Below are positions 52,299 to 61,801 of a stretch of 64,000 nucleotides of DNA, piece by piece. The notes under the pieces were generated by a model. It was not told the origin of the DNA. It made no database searches and was given only the letters and a program-made list of their open reading frames with translations. Origin of the DNA: Candidatus Hydrogenedentota bacterium (GTDB lineage: Bacteria; Hydrogenedentota; Hydrogenedentia; Hydrogenedentales; SLHB01); assembly GCA_963745075.1 (NCBI GenBank), contig CAVUWV010000014.1:292344-356343 (forward strand), in the 5' to 3' direction. The position numbers and the translations under genes are program-made. Numbering within the stretch: the stretch's first letter is position 1; every line of letters begins with the position of its first letter.

Positions 52299-54316
52299 CG
52301 ACGCTTGAACCGGAGTGCAACAACCATCGCGAGCACGAGGACGATTGCCACTCCCGCGACGATGTAATACCCCACTCTACTGGAAGGAGTTGAACCCGTC
52401 TCGGAAGGATCTACCGAAGGCGTTTCAACGTTTGGTTCCGATGTCGTTGGAGTGGGTTTTGGCGGTTCTTCTTTGGAGACCTGAGGAGGTGGCGCGGATT
52501 TCACCGCTGTCACCCCGTGCGGTGGTTCGCTCACCGGCGGTGCAGAGGAGGACGTAGTTTGCGTTGTTGTCGGCGATTGCATGCGAGGCCCTTGCGCGGC
52601 CATTTGTAATTCCCTCCGCTCCTCGTACGACATTGGATACAGCGAAGTTGTTCCGGAATTCTCTTCCTGTACCAAACCTTCCACGTGGAAGGAGAAGTTT
52701 CCGATTCCCGGATACGATCGATCACTGAATTCAAGGTCGTATGCCTTTCCATATCGGCCTGAACTACTATGATGTAGGAAGAGTGCAAGATTCTCCGTTG
52801 TATCGAAGTGGAGCTCCGAAACGTAGCCCGACTTAGGTGCGTAACGCATATTCGGGTCGTTCTTCTCGCCTGATGGCGCGGGCGGACCAGGGGCAATTTG
52901 CCATCCATGAAGAGCGTAAATCGACATACTCCAGTTGCGCCTTACCTGCGCCGGATCGTCGTCGTCGCTCGTCACCGATCTTGGCCGCGCTAACGCGTCG
53001 TCAGTCGTTATCTCAAACCAAAGATCGGACTTGTCGCGTTCTTCGGTGACGTTGAGTTTGGTCGGTGGTGCCGGCGCGATCGACACGCCAAAACTGAACT
53101 GGTCTCGCCATTCCTTCCACCACGCGGCTACCCTCACCCACTCGAACATTGGAACCGCTTGTGGTGCACGTTTCATGGTGATGGTCACGGGGCTTTGCGG
53201 TACCTGTCCCCGCCCCCAATAACGAGAAATCGGGTAATAGCCCGTGGCCCTTATTCCGATTGTTATCGACGAAGGAGTACTTTGCGAAAACTCACCGTTT
53301 GCATTGGTTGTTCCGCGAAACGGGCTAACCCCATTCCCCGTACTTGACCAGCCCCGACTGGAACTCCAGGTTCCCGTCACTCTAGCGCCCGCAATCGGAT
53401 CACCGTCCTCGTTCTCCACAATGATTGACAGCAACTTCTCTACCGCTGCAAGTCTACGCCCTTCCTCTCGTTTCTGTATTTCTTTCTCGGTACGTGCCTG
53501 TGGACGTTCCACGACGTGTCGATACGTGTTGCCGTCATAGACAAATCGGGCTTCCTCATTTCGTTTTCGGGAAATCTGGACTATGTCGTTAACGGCTCCG
53601 GTTTTCGGAGGCACAATGCGAAAGGCCCGAGGCACTATCTCGAAGGTCCGTTCCAACGACGGCCCGATAATGATCTTGTCGCTACACGCGCTGAAAATCT
53701 CCGCAAAATCTGGAACTCGCAGAAGCCGGAACATACCGGGTCCAATAAACTCGCGCGGATCGTCCGCAGCGTACAACGCCTCCGACTCGACCAGGAGTTG
53801 CAGAGATCCATCGCCGATTAAATCTCCCACTTCCACGTGAGAGATGTCGTTCCAGATTGCGTCCGAGTCAGGTACATAACGAAGCGTCTTCTCGGGCCCG
53901 TCCTCGGCCACCAAGAGTACCGCGTCTTTGATCGTGGCGGCTTTGGGTGCCGGTCCGCCTTCCAGATAAGTTTCCAGGTCGTCTTGGTCCCAACCCGGTT
54001 CGCGTCGCGTAAACCTATATACCGACCACTTCGGTGAATCTACGTTCTTCACCCGAACGGGAGACAAAACAAATTGCACATCACCGGCTTCCGGCCGTGA
54101 GATCGTGCCTCGAACTGCTGAACTCTTCGGATCGATGGTCGAAAGGTCTATCGTGAGACCGGGATATAACGTACGGACAAGCGTCCTTGCCATAGACTCA
54201 TCCTGGCTCAGATTTCCGGGATCCGTGACGGCCAGAGCACTTAAACTAACAATGATATAGAGCGTGGCCACACCCCATCTGTGCGCTGTAGGAAGCTGCA
54301 AGTTCTTTTCAGCCAT
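52295..54316 (-). CDS. Exported, C-terminally membrane-anchored protein with carboxypeptidase-regulatory-like domain; candidate immunity protein (paralog of 61968..63971)
   Basis: N-terminal hydrophobic signal; V.NEDGDPIAGARV..GTTNANGEF..GYY module; P/T/S linker, TM and KRR tail; TAATG overlap with the upstream hydrolase. Confidence 0.65.
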   Translation of the reverse strand: MAEKNLQLPTAHRWGVATLYIIVSLSALAVTDPGNLSQDESMARTLVRTLYPGLTIDLSTIDPKSSAVRGTISRPEAGDVQFVLSPVRVKNVDSPKWSVYRFTRREPGWDQDDLETYLEGGPAPKAATIKDAVLLVAEDGPEKTLRYVPDSDAIWNDISHVEVGDLIGDGSLQLLVESEALYAADDPREFIGPGMFRLLRVPDFAEIFSACSDKIIIGPSLERTFEIVPRAFRIVPPKTGAVNDIVQISRKRNEEARFVYDGNTYRHVVERPQARTEKEIQKREEGRRLAAVEKLLSIIVENEDGDPIAGARVTGTWSSSRGWSSTGNGVSPFRGTTNANGEFSQSTPSSITIGIRATGYYPISRYWGRGQVPQSPVTITMKRAPQAVPMFEWVRVAAWWKEWRDQFSFGVSIAPAPPTKLNVTEERDKSDLWFEITTDDALARPRSVTSDDDDPAQVRRNWSMSIYALHGWQIAPGPPAPSGEKNDPNMRYAPKSGYVSELHFDTTENLALFLHHSSSGRYGKAYDLEFSDRSYPGIGNFSFHVEGLVQEENSGTTSLYPMSYEERRELQMAAQGPRMQSPTTTQTTSSSAPPVSEPPHGVTAVKSAPPPQVSKEEPPKPTPTTSEPNVETPSVDPSETGSTPSSRVGYYIVAGVAIVLVLAMVVALRFKRR

Positions 54317-55326
54317 TATGGATTACCTGTTACAGTTTTGTTCAAGTATGTGAAGAAATCGTAGAGTATTTGGAGCGGCCTATCTTTCATGTCACTATGC
54401 TCGTACACTCCAAGGCCCAGCGTGTTGACTTGCTTGTTCTCATTAAAAACCAACACGAAAGGTGTGTTGCCCGTAGCGCGCCTCCGGGCCGGAAAGCGGT
54501 AAGCCAACCATGATTGTTCAACGGAGTGTGGAGGAGCACTACCTTCGTCCACATCATCTTCAACTGTTAAGGTCTTGTAGGCCTCGTTCCACGGCCATGC
54601 ATCTTCAACACCATCTGGCCCAAGTACCTCGTCAGCTCCGGACCACGTGTTAAAAAGCTCGGACTTATTTAGTATGGGTGCAAAATAGTCAGCCCACACG
54701 TCGTCTTGGGGCAATACTGGGCCATATCCGCCGAACGTGCCGAGCTGCCAAGGCTTGAGATTTAACATTCCAGCTTCAAATATGGTCTCATAGGAAAGAA
54801 CCTCGAGTGCATATGCTATCGACCGGTCTTCGCCCGGTTCCCCTGTGAATCTCGGTAGTGCGTTCCGGTACTGAGCTTCACCCGGGTCCCAAAGATAATC
54901 CCACATTGGTGTGTCCTTATCATACGCGCCCGAAGGCACGGCAGCTTCTGCGAGGACATATCTCCGTACGGTTCCAGGAGGAGAAAGCTCGATAGCTTTG
55001 CTCACAATCATGTTCCCGAGGCTATGCGCCACGACATTCACAGTCCCTTCACTTGCTAAGCTCTGCAAGAACGTCGCAACCCTACTCGCTTGTTCCATCG
55101 CGTTAAACACATTTCCATCGTACCATCGCAAAAAGCCCGACTCATTTCCATACCATGTTAACCCAACGAAGTTGCCTCGATATCCTGCCCAGTATAATCG
55201 TTTATACATAGTCGGAAACCACATATTTAGTGCCGCGTCCTCTGTTACGTTGAACCCATGAACAAAGACCAGTGTGGAGGACGCGTCCAGATCCAGGTTG
55301 TTGAAGACGTTGATACCAAACTTCAT
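54316..55326 (-). CDS. Alpha/beta-hydrolase (DUF900/lipase-like) variable domain; probably the frameshift-separated C-terminus of 55202..56548
   Basis: VFVHGFNV, nucleophile elbow VVAHSLG, candidate Asp (SGADEVL) and His (YEHSDM); visibly AT-richer than the flanking repeat. Confidence 0.72.
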   Translation of the reverse strand: MKFGINVFNNLDLDASSTLVFVHGFNVTEDAALNMWFPTMYKRLYWAGYRGNFVGLTWYGNESGFLRWYDGNVFNAMEQASRVATFLQSLASEGTVNVVAHSLGNMIVSKAIELSPPGTVRRYVLAEAAVPSGAYDKDTPMWDYLWDPGEAQYRNALPRFTGEPGEDRSIAYALEVLSYETIFEAGMLNLKPWQLGTFGGYGPVLPQDDVWADYFAPILNKSELFNTWSGADEVLGPDGVEDAWPWNEAYKTLTVEDDVDEGSAPPHSVEQSWLAYRFPARRRATGNTPFVLVFNENKQVNTLGLGVYEHSDMKDRPLQILYDFFTYLNKTVTGNP

Positions 55327-56548
55327 CTCCCTGAATCCTGAATTCGAGATAGGCACCTTCGGGCAAACCGCCGGGAATGTCACCAATTGAGATGCTCATC
55401 ATTGCGAGGTCTTCCAGATCGCGGATACAGGTAATCACCGCCGGTTGGCTCCATTCCGCGTCGGCACCTTCCGTATCGGTCGAGTTCTCTTCTTCCAAGT
55501 ATTCGTCATCGCCATTTACCCAGAATCGGAATGGCGTAGTTTCCTCGATTTCATCATCCAGCGCGTCGAGAGCCAGATCCGCGTTGCTGTCCACCCGCAC
55601 ATTGAGCACATCCTCGGCCAGGTGCGGGCGCGTTAACGTTTTCTGGAGTACCCGGGGCACACTTGGCGTGGCAAGCGTTGCCGTAACCCGGACGGCTTGG
55701 TGAGTAGGCCCGTTCGCGGTGGTCTCGATCACGTAGTCGGCCGTGACCCCCTCGGGGAGTTCCGGTTGGATTTCGTACGTGATTAGGTCCTCCAAGTCTT
55801 CGCCTGGCAAGAGATAATCCCTACCGTTGGTCGTACCCAACACCAATTCATGAGTCCGGTAGTGGGCGGTCAACGTCAAGTTGGGAGCTTGCGGGTTGAC
55901 CGTAGCGGTTCCCGCGTAGTCGGTGGACTCGGTACCGTCACTTCCCGTCCATTTATAGAACAGGGTTGCCTTCTCGGCGGGCGGAGGGGCCGTAATCAGG
56001 CAAATCTGGTTGGGACTCTCGGCCTCGAAATCCACAATGAAATCGGTGTCCACAGGCAGGTAACCGCTGTAAGTCCAGTTCTGGCAGCAGTATCTGAGCC
56101 CGTTCGCCGGGTCTTCGCCCGCCGGATACCCGCTCGCGTAAGTCGCGGAGATGCCGTGGTAGTAGCCGTACACGGAAGCTCCGTTCGCGGGGACGGAAGA
56201 CGTGTAGTCCGGCGGCAGGTCGACCACCGATGGCCCTACGACGGAATAGTGGTACACGACGACTTCCGTTTCCCCTTCGCCCTCGGCTTCGGCTTCGGCT
56301 TCGGCTTCGGCTTCCGCCTCGGCTTCGGCTTCGGCTTCGGCTTCCGCCTCGGATTCGCCTTCACCACCTCCGTAGACAGTAAAGTTCACGGAACAGTCGT
56401 CGGAAGCCGTCACATCGTCCACCGTCCATTCCGCGACCATGGTATGGTACGTGCCCGGCGGAAGGGCGGTCGCGCCGTAAATCTCGACGTGCCTGCCCGA
56501 CGGCCGATTGGCGTTCATGAGCGGGACCGTCGTGCCGGCTTCAATCAC
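55202..56548 (-). CDS. Cassette protein 2: constant stalk with (EA)n linker + acidic VD.N.D/FRFWVN/RDLED region; leaves frame near 55330
   Basis: The first ~300 aa are near-identical to 59169..60839 apart from the linker; GTGA overlap with the amidohydrolase stop; no signal peptide. Confidence 0.62.
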   Translation of the reverse strand: MIEAGTTVPLMNANRPSGRHVEIYGATALPPGTYHTMVAEWTVDDVTASDDCSVNFTVYGGGEGESEAEAEAEAEAEAEAEAEAEAEAEGEGETEVVVYHYSVVGPSVVDLPPDYTSSVPANGASVYGYYHGISATYASGYPAGEDPANGLRYCCQNWTYSGYLPVDTDFIVDFEAESPNQICLITAPPPAEKATLFYKWTGSDGTESTDYAGTATVNPQAPNLTLTAHYRTHELVLGTTNGRDYLLPGEDLEDLITYEIQPELPEGVTADYVIETTANGPTHQAVRVTATLATPSVPRVLQKTLTRPHLAEDVLNVRVDSNADLALDALDDEIEETTPFRFWVNGDDEYLEEENSTDTEGADAEWSQPAVITCIRDLEDLAMMSISIGDIPGGLPEGAYLEFRIQGDEVWYQRLQQPGSGRVLHTGLCSWVQRNRGRGTKYVVSDYV

Positions 56549-57510
56549 TTGGTTTGCGCTACGCCCATGTGCGACCAGTCGATGGTGCGAGTGATTTGGG
56601 TACTGGTGGGTTTCCTGGCGAGGAAGGTTTCGTAGTTGGCGTGGAGGATGCGGTCAAGGAGGTCGGGCGCCAAGTTGAGACCGTGGAGGGTCTGGCGCGG
56701 GAGGAGGGAGGACTGGTAGGTCTCTTTCCGGAGCATGTCGAGGTAGGATTGGTATCGCGCGCGGATCCAAGTCTCGTCTTTCCGGTCGTTTGCGGTGATC
56801 ACGCAGTCCGTCCCGAACATGAACCGGTCGGGATACTCCCGGAACAGCCCCCGGAACTTGCCGGGGTCGCGCGAAACCCGTTTGAGACCCGCCTTCAAGT
56901 AGTCGTCATGGCCGAAGCTGATGTCGGAGTAGAGGTTGGGGAAGGTATCCAGGAACTCCCGCAGCCGCGAGTCTTTAATGGACGACAGCATGAAGTGGGG
57001 GCAGATGACTTTCAGGTCCGGGAACTGCGTCAGCACCGAGATAAATTCTTCGGCAAACCCCGGCGTCTTTGGGCCGGGGTTTACGTGGAAACAGATCGGA
57101 ATGAAGCGTTCCTCACAATAGGCGTACAACGGCAGCATCGCCGGATCGTCCAAGGGCCGCGTGTGGAAGAAGTACTTGCCCGTCTTCTTCGCCTTGAACC
57201 CGTGGCCGAGATACAGTTTCAACCCCGTCGCGCCGCGGTCCACCAACGACTGAAATTTTGGTAGCATGTCCGGGTCTTCCGGGTTGACCGTCGGCCACGC
57301 CTCGAACCGCCCGGGATACCGCTCCACGATCCGCAGCAACGCCTCGTTGTTCTCATCGTACCGCGTAAACCCCACATCCTCGTTCAACGTAATCGTGAAC
57401 CACGAACTCCCCACCAACACCGTCCGCTCGATCCCCAAATCGTCCATCACCGCCAGCAGCTTCGGCACTTCGGCCTCGGACTGAATGTGCTCGTGGATGT
57501 TGATCGTTTG
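55647..57510. repeat. Long direct repeat copy 2 (amidohydrolase gene + constant stalk)
   Basis: Aligns by eye with 59929..61801. The offset shifts from 4282 to 4291, and the 9-bp difference lies in the EA linker. Confidence 0.92.
56273..56371 (-). repeat. Low-complexity GAAGCC/GAGGCG repeat encoding the GEGES(EA)nGEG linker
   Basis: Tandem TCGGCT hexamers on the + strand; 33 codons. Confidence 0.85.
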
Positions 57511-57618
57511 CGCCACGCACGAAATAGGACCGCTAACCAGGAGAAACAAGATGACGCCACCGCAGACTCCGCGATGCGGTGTCGAGATTGTCGCTATTGA
57601 TCCCTTGCTGTAGGGCAC
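56545..57618 (-). CDS. Exported amidohydrolase (Amidohydro_2 family) copy 2
   Basis: INIHEH, GLKLY, FHVNP, CPHF and FMFGTD; hydrophobic leader. Start is uncertain (GTG 57618 chosen; the ORF is open to 57720). Confidence 0.82.
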   Translation of the reverse strand: MPYSKGSIATISTPHRGVCGGVILFLLVSGPISCVAQTINIHEHIQSEAEVPKLLAVMDDLGIERTVLVGSSWFTITLNEDVGFTRYDENNEALLRIVERYPGRFEAWPTVNPEDPDMLPKFQSLVDRGATGLKLYLGHGFKAKKTGKYFFHTRPLDDPAMLPLYAYCEERFIPICFHVNPGPKTPGFAEEFISVLTQFPDLKVICPHFMLSSIKDSRLREFLDTFPNLYSDISFGHDDYLKAGLKRVSRDPGKFRGLFREYPDRFMFGTDCVITANDRKDETWIRARYQSYLDMLRKETYQSSLLPRQTLHGLNLAPDLLDRILHANYETFLARKPTSTQITRTIDWSHMGVAQTK

Positions 57619-58007
57619 GATAGGCTGCGCCAGTTCAGCAATTCTGAGCTTGGTTCGTGAAGTATTCAAAACGAGTTCAGTGCACGATTGTGACCTTGAC
57701 GAGGTTGCGCACGCCACCAACGAGAATTGCGCTTGTATGTATGACAGCCACTCAAACTTGCATCCTCGAAATGCGGATACAAGAGAAGGTCAACGAAAGT
57801 CGGTCGGCGCTGCATAGATCCGTGCCCTGTGGTCATTATCCGTTGAGGCAGTCCCGGTTGTATGTTGGGCAGATACAACACAAACTGCACCGATGCGTCC
57901 AGCCATTGGCTCACTACAATGAGACTTCCGCAACAATTGATTGTCACAAAGTCTTCCTGGCGGGTCTGGTGAACTGTCCCTCAGCGAGAAGTGTCGGTTA
58001 TCCGGAG

Positions 58008-59150
58008 TCATTGTGTTTTTCGTGAATGCATGGCGAGGAAACGCAACGCATCGGCTGCTCCTTTAGCGACAAATGGTTCACTATTCGATGTGTACGAACT
58101 CAGAAAGTGTTCCAGACTGTCGTCGTAGTTTGATGCGAACGGTAGTTCCATTAATGCTCTTTTTCGTACCGTAGATGGCAAATCCTCGCTTGCCACAATC
58201 TGTTTTAAGGCATCGACGTATTCTGGATCTCGCGTATGGTGCGCAACACGCGAAAGCGTTGAGGCAGTTCGCTCCCTCGTCTGCAGTTGCTCGTCAGGAT
58301 TCCTAATTGCACGCATCAATGCTTCCAGCAACCCTGCGGGGGGGGTATCTTGCATGAATTCACTTATGCCACAAAGAATCACTGCGCGAAGACGAACGTA
58401 GGGGTCGGGATCCTCCAGTCGTTCGATGATGATTTCTTGAATCGCGTCAGGAACTCGATGAATACGGTAAACTGCATCGATTGAAGCGGCGCGCTTGAGC
58501 GGATCGGAATGGGAAAGATACGAAGTGAGTATGTCGCGGGCTAGCGGAAACGTATCATACTTGCCAGCCACACAACGCAGAGCATCCACAAGCGATAGGG
58601 AAGTTGTTTCTTCTTCAATTAGCGGGACGATTTGAACGATCGTATCATCAGACAATGGCTCTATTATGGCTAAAGCGGCGAGTCCATCTCTGCGTACGAA
58701 TGGGTCGATGTCGTCCCGGGCGATTTCGCGAACAATGGTGGATTCCGCCGATTTGGCAAGATCTGGATCGTCTTTCCCGTAGATTCGGACGATGCTGATG
58801 AGTAGATCGGAAAGGGAATTTGATGTCTCCGCACTTCGTCGCGTCGCTAGGGCGTTCTTTAGGGTAGGGAGAAGTTCCGTCTTAAGAAAGGCAGTTTCCG
58901 CCGGTTCGCCACCCCCGTTCATCTTAGCGTCGGACACACTCGCGAGAAACTGACGCAGGTGCTTGACTGCCTGTGCCCTGGCCGTGTCGTCCTTCTCGAT
59001 TAAGTGTGTAAGGCTTTGACGTGCCGTGTCCAACTTGGGAGGGTTTTGGGACCCTGTTTGTGCAGCAACGAGTGGACTCCACAGTACGCCGCTACAGAGT
59101 ACAGCGGAACACAAGCATCGGCCGAACGTTGCAAAGAATCGTTTCGTCAT
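58008..59150 (-). CDS. Exported HEAT-repeat protein; candidate immunity/partner of cassette protein 1
   Basis: Signal peptide; repeats such as D.DPFVRR...AL, HSDPLKRAAS.DA, LEDPDPYVRLRAV and EPFVAKGAADAL; AAGGAG upstream. Confidence 0.75.
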   Translation of the reverse strand: MTKRFFATFGRCLCSAVLCSGVLWSPLVAAQTGSQNPPKLDTARQSLTHLIEKDDTARAQAVKHLRQFLASVSDAKMNGGGEPAETAFLKTELLPTLKNALATRRSAETSNSLSDLLISIVRIYGKDDPDLAKSAESTIVREIARDDIDPFVRRDGLAALAIIEPLSDDTIVQIVPLIEEETTSLSLVDALRCVAGKYDTFPLARDILTSYLSHSDPLKRAASIDAVYRIHRVPDAIQEIIIERLEDPDPYVRLRAVILCGISEFMQDTPPAGLLEALMRAIRNPDEQLQTRERTASTLSRVAHHTRDPEYVDALKQIVASEDLPSTVRKRALMELPFASNYDDSLEHFLSSYTSNSEPFVAKGAADALRFLAMHSRKTQ

Positions 59151-59168
59151 AAGACCTTCTCCTTTGCA

Positions 59169-60839
59169 TCACAGCGGTTCAATTATACCATCCGCTGGCG
59201 CTATGGTTTGATAAACGAGCAGGCCGGCAAGACCGACCGGCGCATTGAATGGCGGTTGAAATAGATGTAGCGTTTTGGTCGTGCCGTTCACGGGCACATG
59301 AAGATACATCTCGTACCAGGGGAACTGATCCTGCTCGCCGGACAAACTCCACGTTGTAAAATCGGGATTTGAAGCGTCCAATTCTAATCTAAATCTGTAA
59401 TCAATACTGGGCATTACCGTGCCATAAACCCCCAGACAACCAGCCTTGGCTTTAATCTCGAATACGTACTCCTTGACAGTACTCGACACAGCATTAACAG
59501 AAACTGTTGGGGTGTTATTTATGGATCCTTGCTCTTCACAATGTTTTAGGTCACAATCTTCAAGGGAGCTATCGTCCTTAGCCACTTGGGTGATTCTGTC
59601 GTCACTTCCAAGCGAGTTTTCCTGGTACACACGTGATGTGCCCGTATTTTGAAAATATGAACCCTCTATATACCCCTGGGAATTGTCTGGATTGGCGTAC
59701 GTAGTATCGGGAGCAAGACGAATCTCTTGTACCGTGCGGTATGATTCAAACGTCATACTGAAAGTACGATCGTCCCCGCCGCCGTACAAAACCGAATAGA
59801 CAGGACCCTCGGGGGGCGTACTGTAATCGCTAACACAGGAGAGGCCGGTGTTGAAATTATTTACGGAGATAAAGGTCTTGATTTGAAGATCAAATACTCC
59901 CCAATAGGACAGGTCCAGCGTTTTGACCAGTACCCGGGGCACACTTGGCGTGGTAAGCGTTGCCGTAACCCGGACGGTTTGGTGAATAGGCCCGGTCGCG
60001 ATGGTCTCGACCACGTAGTCGGCCGTGACTCCTGAGGGGAGTTCCGGTTGGATTTCGTACGTGATTAGGTCCTCCAAGTCTTCGCCTGGCAAGAGATAAT
60101 CCCTACCGTTGGAAGTGTCCAACACCAATTCATGAGTCCGGTAGTGGGCGGTCAACGTCAAGTTGGGAGCTTGCGGGTTGACCGTAGCGGTTCCCGCGTA
60201 GTCGGTGGACTCGGTACCGTCACTTCCCGTCCATTTATAGAACAGGGTTGCCTTCTCGGCGGGCGGAGGGGCCGTAATCAGGCAAATCTGGTTGGGACTC
60301 TCGGCCTCGAAATCCACAATGAAATCGGTGTCCACAGGCAGGTAACCGCTGTAAGTCCAGTTCTGGCAGCAGTATCTGAGCCCGTTCGCCGGGTCTTCGC
60401 CCGCCGGATACCCGCTCGCGTAAGTCGCGGAGATGCCGTGGTAGTAGCCGTACACGGAAGCTCCGTTCGCGGGGACGGAAGACGTGTAGTCCGGCGGCAG
60501 GTCGACCACCGATGGCCCTACGACGGAATAGTGGTACACGACGACTTCCGTTTCCCCATCGCCCTCGGCTTCGGCTTCGCCTCCGCTTCCGCCCGTGCCG
60601 CCGGCTTCGGCTTCGGCTTCGTCCCGCTTCCGCCTCGGCACCTTCGCCTTCACCGCGCTACCGTAGACAGTAAAGTTCACGGAACAGTCGTCGGAAGCCG
60701 TCACATCGTCCACCGTCCATTCCGCGACCATGGTATGGTACGTGCCCGGCGGAAGGGCGGTCGCGCCGTAAATCTCGATATGCCTGCCCGACGACCGATT
60801 GGCGTTCATGAGCGGGACCGTCGTGCCGGCTTCAATCAC
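59169..60839 (-). CDS. Cassette protein 1: constant stalk + variable C-terminal DUF3238-like domain
   Basis: Stalk is shared with 55202..56548 up to VPRVL.KTL. The unique ~250-aa tip has TFI, GDDRTF, SYRT.Q, IDY and GEQDQFPWYEMY, resembling DUF3238 from memory (not HMM-verified). Confidence 0.65.
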   Translation of the reverse strand: MIEAGTTVPLMNANRSSGRHIEIYGATALPPGTYHTMVAEWTVDDVTASDDCSVNFTVYGSAVKAKVPRRKRDEAEAEAGGTGGSGGEAEAEGDGETEVVVYHYSVVGPSVVDLPPDYTSSVPANGASVYGYYHGISATYASGYPAGEDPANGLRYCCQNWTYSGYLPVDTDFIVDFEAESPNQICLITAPPPAEKATLFYKWTGSDGTESTDYAGTATVNPQAPNLTLTAHYRTHELVLDTSNGRDYLLPGEDLEDLITYEIQPELPSGVTADYVVETIATGPIHQTVRVTATLTTPSVPRVLVKTLDLSYWGVFDLQIKTFISVNNFNTGLSCVSDYSTPPEGPVYSVLYGGGDDRTFSMTFESYRTVQEIRLAPDTTYANPDNSQGYIEGSYFQNTGTSRVYQENSLGSDDRITQVAKDDSSLEDCDLKHCEEQGSINNTPTVSVNAVSSTVKEYVFEIKAKAGCLGVYGTVMPSIDYRFRLELDASNPDFTTWSLSGEQDQFPWYEMYLHVPVNGTTKTLHLFQPPFNAPVGLAGLLVYQTIAPADGIIEPL

Positions 60840-61801
60840 TTGGTTTGCGCTACGCCCATGTGCGACCAGTCGATGGTGCGAGTGATTTGGGTACTGGTGG
60901 GTTTCCTGGCGAGGAAGGTTTCGTAGTTGGCGTGGAGGATGCGGTCAAGGAGGTCGGGCGCCAAGTTGAGACCGTGGAGGGTCTGGCGCGGGAGGAGGGG
61001 AGTCTGGTAGGTCTCTTTCCGGAGCATGTCGAGGTAGGACCGGTACCGCGCGCGGATCCAAGTCTCGTCTTTCCGCTCGTTTGCGGTGATCACGCAGTCC
61101 GTCCCGAACATGAACCGGTCGGGATACGTCATGAACAGCCCCCGATATTTTGCCGGGTCGCGCGAGATGCGTTTGAGTCCGGCCTTTAGGTAGTCGTCGT
61201 GGCCGAAGCTGATGTCCGAATACAGGTTCGGAAAGGTGTCCAGAAACTCCCGCAGCCGCGAATCTTTAATGGACGACAGCATGAAATGCGGACAAATGAC
61301 TTTCAGATCGGGAAACTGCGTCAGCACCGCGATGAACTCTTCGGCGAACCCCGGCGTCTTCGGTCCGGGGTTCACGTGGAAACACACGGGGACGAAGTGT
61401 TTCTCACAATAGGCATAGAGTGGCAGCATCTTCGGATCGTCCAAGGGCCGCGTGTGGAAGAAGTACTTGCCCGTCTTCTTGGACTTGAACCCGTGACCGA
61501 GATACAGTTTCAACCCCGTCGCGCCGCGGTCCACCAATGACTGGAATTTTGCCAGCATGTCCGGGTCTTCCGGGTTGACCGTCGGCCACGCCTCGAACCG
61601 CCCGGGATACCGTTCCACGATCCGCAACAACGCCTCGTTGTTCTCATCGTACCGGGTAAACCCCACGTCCTCGTTCAACGTAATCGTGAACCACGAACTC
61701 CCCACCAACACCGTCCGCTCGATCCCCAACGCATCCATCACCGCCAACAGCTTCGGCACTTCGGCTTCGGACTGGATGTGCTCGTGGATGTTGATGGTTT
61801 G
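59929..61801. repeat. Long direct repeat copy 1 (amidohydrolase gene + constant stalk)
   Basis: Near-identical to 55647..57510; its gene-5' part also matches ~51837..52230. Confidence 0.92.

Noticed and set aside
57620..58007. AT-richer gap with short ORFs (57666..57947, 57790..58011, 57657..58025)
   Set aside because: No recognisable protein features; it may be a remnant or spacer but cannot be supported as a gene.
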